Part shown: positions 58,881 to 64,000 of the stretch, piece after piece | Position numbering within the stretch: position 1 is the first letter of the stretch | Layout: each line of letters opens with the position of its first letter | NCBI GenBank assembly: GCA_039714075.1 | Contig: JBDLKA010000001.1 | Coordinates: 121,412-185,411 of the forward strand | DNA length: 64,000 nt | Direction: 5' to 3' | DNA from: Candidatus Krumholzibacteriota bacterium | Lineage (GTDB): Bacteria; Krumholzibacteriota; Krumholzibacteriia; LZORAL124-64-63 | Made by a program: the position numbers and the translations under genes | The notes under the pieces: generated by a model | What the model saw: only the letters and a program-made list of their open reading frames with translations | Database searches by the model: none | What the model was told of the DNA's origin: nothing

Positions 58881-59900
58881 TCAGTCGATCGTCTCGGGCA
58901 TGTTGTCGTGGTAGAGCTTCAACATCATCTTTTTCAGTTGTTCCAGACCCTGCCCCGTCGCGGCGGAAATCGCCAGCACGTCGATGGCGCCATGATCGCG
59001 GGCCCAGTCCTTTGCCGCGGCCATGGCCTCGGCTGCTCCGGCTTCATCGAGAAGGTCCTGTTTGGTGACCACCACCGCATAGGGCAGCTCGGACAGGCGG
59101 CGGCCGTGCCGCTTCAGCTCGGCCCGCAGGACATCCAACGCCCGCCGGGGCGACTCCAGTGACGGGTCCACAAGCAAGAGCAGGGCCCGCGTCCGCTCGA
59201 CATGCCGCAAAAATTCGTGCCCCAGGCCCTTGCCCTCGGCCGCGCCCTCGATCAGCCCCGGAATGTCGGCCAGGGTGCAGCTGTTGAAATCCCCCAGGTC
59301 GACGATGCCCAGGTTGGGAACCAGGGTGGTGAAAGGGTAGTCCGCGACCTTGGGACGCGCGGCGGTGACCACCGAAAGCAGGGTGCTCTTGCCGGCGTTG
59401 GGCTCGCCGACCAGACCGATATCCGCGATGAGTTTCAATTCCAGGCGCACGGTGACCAGACAGCCGGGCCGGCCGGGCTGGGCGTGCATGGGCGTCTGGT
59501 TGCGGGGGTTGCGGAATTCCCAGTTGCCCTTGCCCCCTTTGCCGCCCTTGGCCACAAGCAATTTCTGTCCCGGTTCCAGGAGGTCCCCCAGAAGCGTGTC
59601 CTGGTCTTCGCTGTAGACGGAGGTTCCGCAGGGGACCAGCAAGGTCACGTCCTCGCCATCGGGTCCGGTGCGGCGATTCCCTCCTCCGGCCTTTCCCGGG
59701 GAGGCCTTGTAGCGCCGACGGTAGCGAAAGTCCAGCAGGGTCGACATTTCACCGGTCGCCTCCAGCCAGACCGACCCGCCGGCGCCGCCGTTGCCGCCGT
59801 CCGGCCCGCCCCGCGGCATGTATTTTTCCCGGCGGGTGGAGACACAGCCTTCGCCCCCCTTGCCGGACTCGAGGGTGATGGTGGCGATATCGAGAAACAC
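58881..59900 (-). CDS. obgE: GTPase ObgE/CgtA
   Basis: Gly-rich Obg fold, GEPNAGKS, YPFTT, DIPG, TKQD and ISA. Confidence 0.96.
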   Translation of the reverse strand: MFLDIATITLESGKGGEGCVSTRREKYMPRGGPDGGNGGAGGSVWLEATGEMSTLLDFRYRRRYKASPGKAGGGNRRTGPDGEDVTLLVPCGTSVYSEDQDTLLGDLLEPGQKLLVAKGGKGGKGNWEFRNPRNQTPMHAQPGRPGCLVTVRLELKLIADIGLVGEPNAGKSTLLSVVTAARPKVADYPFTTLVPNLGIVDLGDFNSCTLADIPGLIEGAAEGKGLGHEFLRHVERTRALLLLVDPSLESPRRALDVLRAELKRHGRRLSELPYAVVVTKQDLLDEAGAAEAMAAAKDWARDHGAIDVLAISAATGQGLEQLKKMMLKLYHDNMPETID

Positions 59901-59953
59901 GTGATCATTCCTCCGGACAGTGGCAATCCAGGTTTACAGGTACGGTTGATCCG

Positions 59954-60436
59954 TCAAAAGGCGCGACCGGAAAGGGCCTTGGCCACAGGCTCCGGGACGA
60001 GTTTTCCCAGGGGTCCCCCGTGACGGATGACGTCCCGGACCAGGGTGCTGCTCACCGCGGCCAGGGAGGGGCGCGCCAGCAGGTAGATGTACTCGATGTC
60101 GGCGGCCAGCAGGGCGTTGACTCCCGCCAGGCTCCATTCGTGTTCATAGTCCCCCGGGGTCCTGATGCCCCGGATGACCGCGTGGGCACCCCGGCGGGAC
60201 ACCTCGTCCACCAGCAGCCCCGAGAAGGAATGGACTTCGACATTGCCCAGCCCCTGCACCGAAGCCCGGAAAAGATCGACTCTCTCGTCCAGGTCCAGCA
60301 GGCCGGCCTTGCCGGACCGGGCCACGACGACCGTCACCTTGTCGAAGAGCTTGAGCGCCCGGGTGATGATGTCGATGTGCCCCAGGGTCACCGGATCGAA
60401 GGATCCCGGATACAATACGTGTCGCTCCACCGTCAT
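59954..60436 (-). CDS. coaD: Phosphopantetheine adenylyltransferase
   Basis: [21 protein letters not shown] and VSSTLVR. Confidence 0.95.
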   Translation of the reverse strand: MTVERHVLYPGSFDPVTLGHIDIITRALKLFDKVTVVVARSGKAGLLDLDERVDLFRASVQGLGNVEVHSFSGLLVDEVSRRGAHAVIRGIRTPGDYEHEWSLAGVNALLAADIEYIYLLARPSLAAVSSTLVRDVIRHGGPLGKLVPEPVAKALSGRAF

Positions 60437-61014
60437 TCTCCTTCCGGGAGCCCGCCCGCGGCGCGCGCCACGGCCAGATGACTTTCCCCGTACCGCCGGA
60501 CCGTCCAGTCCAGTCCGCCCGACGCCGCCGGGGGCAGGTCGCCGGTGCGGGATCCGTATTCAATGATCCCCGCCCGGAATCCCGGGGCCGGCGCCAATCG
60601 TTCCAACCCCTCCATGATAGCCCCGGCGACCGGTCCATGGTAGGGCGGATCCGCCACCAGGATCCAGGGGGTCGGTTTCGCCGGTGGGTTCCAGCGGCCC
60701 AACCAGGCGACCGCCTCGGCGCAGACCAGCTGATATTGCCGCGATTCGGCCCCGCAGAGTTCGAGGTTGTCCCGGACCACCGCCAGGGACTTGCGGGACA
60801 GATCCACAAACACCACGGAGTCGGCCCCACGGCTGAGGGCCTCGATGCCCAGCCCGCCGGCGCCGCAGCAAAGATCCAGGAAACAGCTCCCTTCGACATC
60901 CGGTCCCAGGATGTTGAACAGGGCTTCCTTGACCCGGTCGGTCGTCGGCCGGACAGCCTCGCCGGAGGGGGATTTCAGCCGGCGCCCCTTCCAACTGCCG
61001 GCGATGACCCTCAT
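60433..61014 (-). CDS. rsmD: 16S rRNA m2G966 methyltransferase
   Basis: [40 protein letters not shown] and DPPY. Confidence 0.94.
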   Translation of the reverse strand: MRVIAGSWKGRRLKSPSGEAVRPTTDRVKEALFNILGPDVEGSCFLDLCCGAGGLGIEALSRGADSVVFVDLSRKSLAVVRDNLELCGAESRQYQLVCAEAVAWLGRWNPPAKPTPWILVADPPYHGPVAGAIMEGLERLAPAPGFRAGIIEYGSRTGDLPPAASGGLDWTVRRYGESHLAVARAAGGLPEGE

Positions 61015-61547
61015 CGGCCCTCACCATCCTTCCTGCGGCCCCAGATCAGGCTGCGCAGCATGGAAACCCGGGCCAACTGCTCCACGTCCATGTCGGTGGT
61101 GCGCAGCCGGAAATCCGCGGCGGCGGCGTACAGGGGCCGGCGGCGGCGGAAAAGCTCCTCGATTCCCGCCCAGCCCAGCATGTCCACCAAAGGTCTTTGT
61201 CCGGGAGAATCGACTTTCAGGCGGGAGCGGATCACGTCCCAGGAGGCGTCCAGCCAGATGACGACGCCCCTGTCCCGGAGAAGGTCCACCGCGGCCGGGG
61301 TCTGCACGATGCCGCCGCCGGTATCCAGCACCAGGCTGCGGTCGGGATCGAGCCCGGACAGCGCGTCCAGTTCCCTGGCCCGGAAGGATTCCTCCCCGCC
61401 GGAGGCGAAGATCTCGGCAACGGAACAGCCGGCTTCCTCGGCGATGATATCGTCGAGAAAGACGGCCGGATGGTTGGTGGTGACCTGGAGCCTGCGGGTC
61501 AGGGTCGATTTGCCGCTGGCCATGAAGCCGATGAATGAAGTCCACAT
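61011..61547 (-). CDS. aroK: Shikimate kinase
   Basis: [11 protein letters not shown]...GE..FR..E, TGGG, RPL and R.PLY. Confidence 0.9.
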   Translation of the reverse strand: MWTSFIGFMASGKSTLTRRLQVTTNHPAVFLDDIIAEEAGCSVAEIFASGGEESFRARELDALSGLDPDRSLVLDTGGGIVQTPAAVDLLRDRGVVIWLDASWDVIRSRLKVDSPGQRPLVDMLGWAGIEELFRRRRPLYAAAADFRLRTTDMDVEQLARVSMLRSLIWGRRKDGEGR

Positions 61548-61566
61548 GCCCCCATCCTAATACAAT

Positions 61567-61594
61567 GCCCCCCGGGGAACAATCCCCGGGGGGC
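61567..61594 (-). terminator. Hairpin between pilQ and aroK
   Basis: GCCCCCCGGGGA-4nt-TCCCCGGGGGGC, a perfect 12-bp stem. Confidence 0.65.
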
Positions 61595-61617
61595 CGATGG
61601 CAGCCGTTGAACGAGTG

Positions 61618-63027
61618 CTAGTCCAGCTGGACGTTCGAAACGTTTTCCGGGTCGTAGATGATCTCCGCATCGGAGGTGATCATGTCCCGCTGCATGTATT
61701 CATCCGAAACGATGGTCGGGGTCACGAAGACCACCAGTTCCCGGCTGACCTTGGTATCGGTCGAGTGCTTGAACAGGGCCCCCAGCAGGGGGATGTCCAT
61801 CAGCAGGGGAATACCGCTGTCGAGCGTGCCGTCGATCTGACGGATCAACCCGGCGATGATCGCGGTTTCGCCGTTCTCGACCAGGACCCGGGTGTCGGAT
61901 TCACTGGTGTTGATGATGACGCCGCCCTGCACGGTGGCCTGGGAGGACAGATCACTGACTTCGTTATGAACGTCGAGAGTGATCTGCTCGTCCATGTTGA
62001 TGTGCGGGGTAACCTTCAGCATGATACCGATGGTCGTCAGCTGGGTGATGGCGTTGCCGGCCTCATCCGAGACGATCAGGGGAATCTTCTGTCCCACCAG
62101 GATGCTCGCTTCGCGGTTGTCCGTGGTGGTGATGATCGGGTTACTGATCAGGTGCGCCTTGTTCGAAACCTCGAGGGCCTCGACCTTGGCCAGGACACTG
62201 CCCCAGTCCTGCACCACACCGACCTGCAGGTTGCCGGCGGGGTTCTGGATCGGGTTGTTGATGTCCATGGTGTTGAAGAAGCTCTCGGCCTTCGTCTGGG
62301 GGTGAGTAATGGGATTGCCGCTCTGCGGATTGTTCACCGACCAGTTCACGCCCAGTTCCCTCGTCGCCTTGGAATCCATGTCGATCAGGCGGGCATTGAT
62401 TTCCACCTGAGGCGTTTTGGTATCCAGGTCGACCGCCATCTCGGAGATGAGGGCCACGCGTTCGGGGACATCGTTGATGATGAGACTGTTGGTGCGCACG
62501 TCGACGTCGATGTTGCCGCGCTCGGTCAACATCTGCTCCAGCGCGTCCTTGGTCTCTTCGGCGTTGGCGTAATGGAGGTTCACCATGCCGAGTTGCAGCT
62601 GCGCCAGGTCCTCGACCTGCTTGCGCGCCCGCTCGATGTCGAGACTCTCCTTGCGGAGTTCCTCGGCGGTGTCGATCCGGTAGATGCCCCGTTCCTCGAT
62701 GTAGTCGAAGCTGTGGGCCTTCAGGATGACGCCGAGCGCCTCTACCCACGGCACGTCTTCCAGCTTGACGGTGACCTTGCCCACGACGCGGGGCGAAGCC
62801 ACGATGTTGGTACCGGAAAATCCGGCCAGGGAGCGCAGAACCGTTCCGATTTCGGCATCCTGCACGTCCAGCGAGATGGGTACGGACTTGTACGCCTCGC
62901 CGGGATCGACAGCCTCAGGCGCGGCCGTTGGGACAGCATCCCCTTCCTGGGCCAGGGCGCCGAACGCACCTAGCAGCAGGAGAGCGACCACAACTGAGAT
63001 ATGAGTGAAGCGGATCCTTCCGAACAT
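61618..63027 (-). CDS. pilQ: Type IV pilus secretin PilQ (short form)
   Basis: ISLDVQDA (N0), VPW.EAL, D.RTNSLII, PQVEINARL, GIPLLMDIPLLGALF and ELVVFVTP. Confidence 0.9.
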   Translation of the reverse strand: MFGRIRFTHISVVVALLLLGAFGALAQEGDAVPTAAPEAVDPGEAYKSVPISLDVQDAEIGTVLRSLAGFSGTNIVASPRVVGKVTVKLEDVPWVEALGVILKAHSFDYIEERGIYRIDTAEELRKESLDIERARKQVEDLAQLQLGMVNLHYANAEETKDALEQMLTERGNIDVDVRTNSLIINDVPERVALISEMAVDLDTKTPQVEINARLIDMDSKATRELGVNWSVNNPQSGNPITHPQTKAESFFNTMDINNPIQNPAGNLQVGVVQDWGSVLAKVEALEVSNKAHLISNPIITTTDNREASILVGQKIPLIVSDEAGNAITQLTTIGIMLKVTPHINMDEQITLDVHNEVSDLSSQATVQGGVIINTSESDTRVLVENGETAIIAGLIRQIDGTLDSGIPLLMDIPLLGALFKHSTDTKVSRELVVFVTPTIVSDEYMQRDMITSDAEIIYDPENVSNVQLD

Positions 63028-63030
63028 TGT

Positions 63031-63513
63031 TTAACCCTCCGTTTTTTCCAGCTTGAGAACCACCTTGTTGGTGATTCCGTACAGGGTGACCCGCGCAGTA
63101 AGAGAATTCTTGCGGATGCTGACGACGCGGCCGTGTCGGACGCGATCGCCCACACGCAGGATGTAACCGAAACCTTCTCCATCTTCGACCAGGGCGAACT
63201 TGTCGTCCTGAGCCCACATCACACCCACCAGTTGGGCGCTGTTCATGTCCACGAGCTCGCTGGCCGTTTTCTTCTCGAAGTCGCCGGCGACCAGGACCGC
63301 GAAGGGGTCGGCCTTGCCGTAAGACTGGTAGAAGAACTCGTTGGCGCGGATCGCATTGATCCTGTCGCGCGAGATCTGGGACGGAGAAACCGTGCTGGCT
63401 TCCTTGCCCGCGTCCGCCTCTTCGTCGGCGGCGAGGGCCGGAACCGAGACCAGCAGTCCGATCAGGACGGCAAGGGTCAGGGCACAAGGCAGCCGGAATT
63501 TTTTCCTAATCAT
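63031..63513 (-). CDS. PilP-like type IV pilus assembly protein
   Basis: Signal peptide, DPF, LVGVMW...ALVED..G.GY..RVGD...GRVV.I; lies between pilO and pilQ. Confidence 0.75.
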   Translation of the reverse strand: MIRKKFRLPCALTLAVLIGLLVSVPALAADEEADAGKEASTVSPSQISRDRINAIRANEFFYQSYGKADPFAVLVAGDFEKKTASELVDMNSAQLVGVMWAQDDKFALVEDGEGFGYILRVGDRVRHGRVVSIRKNSLTARVTLYGITNKVVLKLEKTEG

Positions 63514-63525
63514 GGTTCTAACTCC

Positions 63526-64000
63526 CTAGTGACTGATGCCGGCCTGTTGGGTGACGGCTTCTTCGTTGTCGGCTTTGGCTTCGAGTTTATCGATAATGCC
63601 TTCGCCATCAGTAGTGCCCGTACCTTCCACGGGCACGCTCGGCCCCTGGGTATAGGCGGTCAGGATCAATTCCGTCTCCACCGTGTACGGTTGCTCATCC
63701 TGTTTGGCAGCGCCTTCCATGTTCAGGTCGGAGACGTTGACAATCCGGTTGAGATTGGCCAGCCGGCTCAGGAACACGCCGGTCTGGTGGTACCCGCCCA
63801 TGACCCGGACTTCGACAGGGTTGTCGGAATAGAAACCCTGGTTGACCGGAGTCTGGGGTTTGAACAGCTGGAATTCGATTCCGGACTGCTGACCGGCCGC
63901 AGTGACCTTGCGCAGCAGGTCCGGCATCTCGTTCTGCTCGGGCAACAGGGTCTGCGCCACCATCCACTGGTCGTGAAGAATGGCGTACTCCTGTTCGACC
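63526..64000 (-). CDS. pilO: Type IV pilus assembly protein PilO (3' part; runs off the window edge)
   Basis: LLP...EMPDLL..V...G..SG, FY...P, GGYHQ.G.FL..LA...RIVNV. Confidence 0.85.
   Translation of the reverse strand, partial: VEQEYAILHDQWMVAQTLLPEQNEMPDLLRKVTAAGQQSGIEFQLFKPQTPVNQGFYSDNPVEVRVMGGYHQTGVFLSRLANLNRIVNVSDLNMEGAAKQDEQPYTVETELILTAYTQGPSVPVEGTGTTDGEGIIDKLEAKADNEEAVTQQAGISH

Noticed and set aside
61021..61545. 174-aa same-strand ORF overlapping aroK in another frame
   Set aside because: Arg/Gly/Pro-rich off-frame translation; the aroK frame is intact

Overview
GC-rich bacterial chromosomal window, almost entirely minus-strand housekeeping genes. These include recN-nadK-dxs-ispA-folD-rny-6S RNA-zapA/zapB-pheT-pheS-rplT-rpmI-infC-thrS, dnaK, rnc-fabF-acpP-fabG-fabD-plsX-rpmF-yceD, ndk-sucD-sucC, hldC/hldA, a lipid A acyltransferase, dprA-obgE-coaD-rsmD-aroK and pilQ/pilP/pilO. 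There are also five tRNAs and two separate polysaccharide-biosynthesis segments. Gene content (diderm LPS genes, short RpoD-like sigma, DUF4837/DUF3467-like genes) suggests an FCB-group candidate phylum such as Krumholzibacteriota or Latescibacterota; this is inference. The standout accessory element is a tandem triplication with a 788-bp start-to-start period, inserted on the opposite strand between tRNA-Val and thrS. Each unit has its own promoter and terminator and encodes a ~200-aa signal-peptide protein with two conserved Cys and an invariant C-terminal tail VEEASFGSVKSL(F/Y)R. This tail is a candidate protein-sorting or surface-attachment signal. Other points of interest: a COG2403-type (cDPGS/arginine-synthetase-like) P-loop protein upstream of sucCD-ndk, an ATC-initiated infC behind an L20-leader-like attenuator, a 6S RNA overlapping the end of zapA, tRNA promoters with CAT-type -10 boxes, and a sigma54-like promoter at a solitary dnaK. 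No integrase, transposase or CRISPR array was seen.
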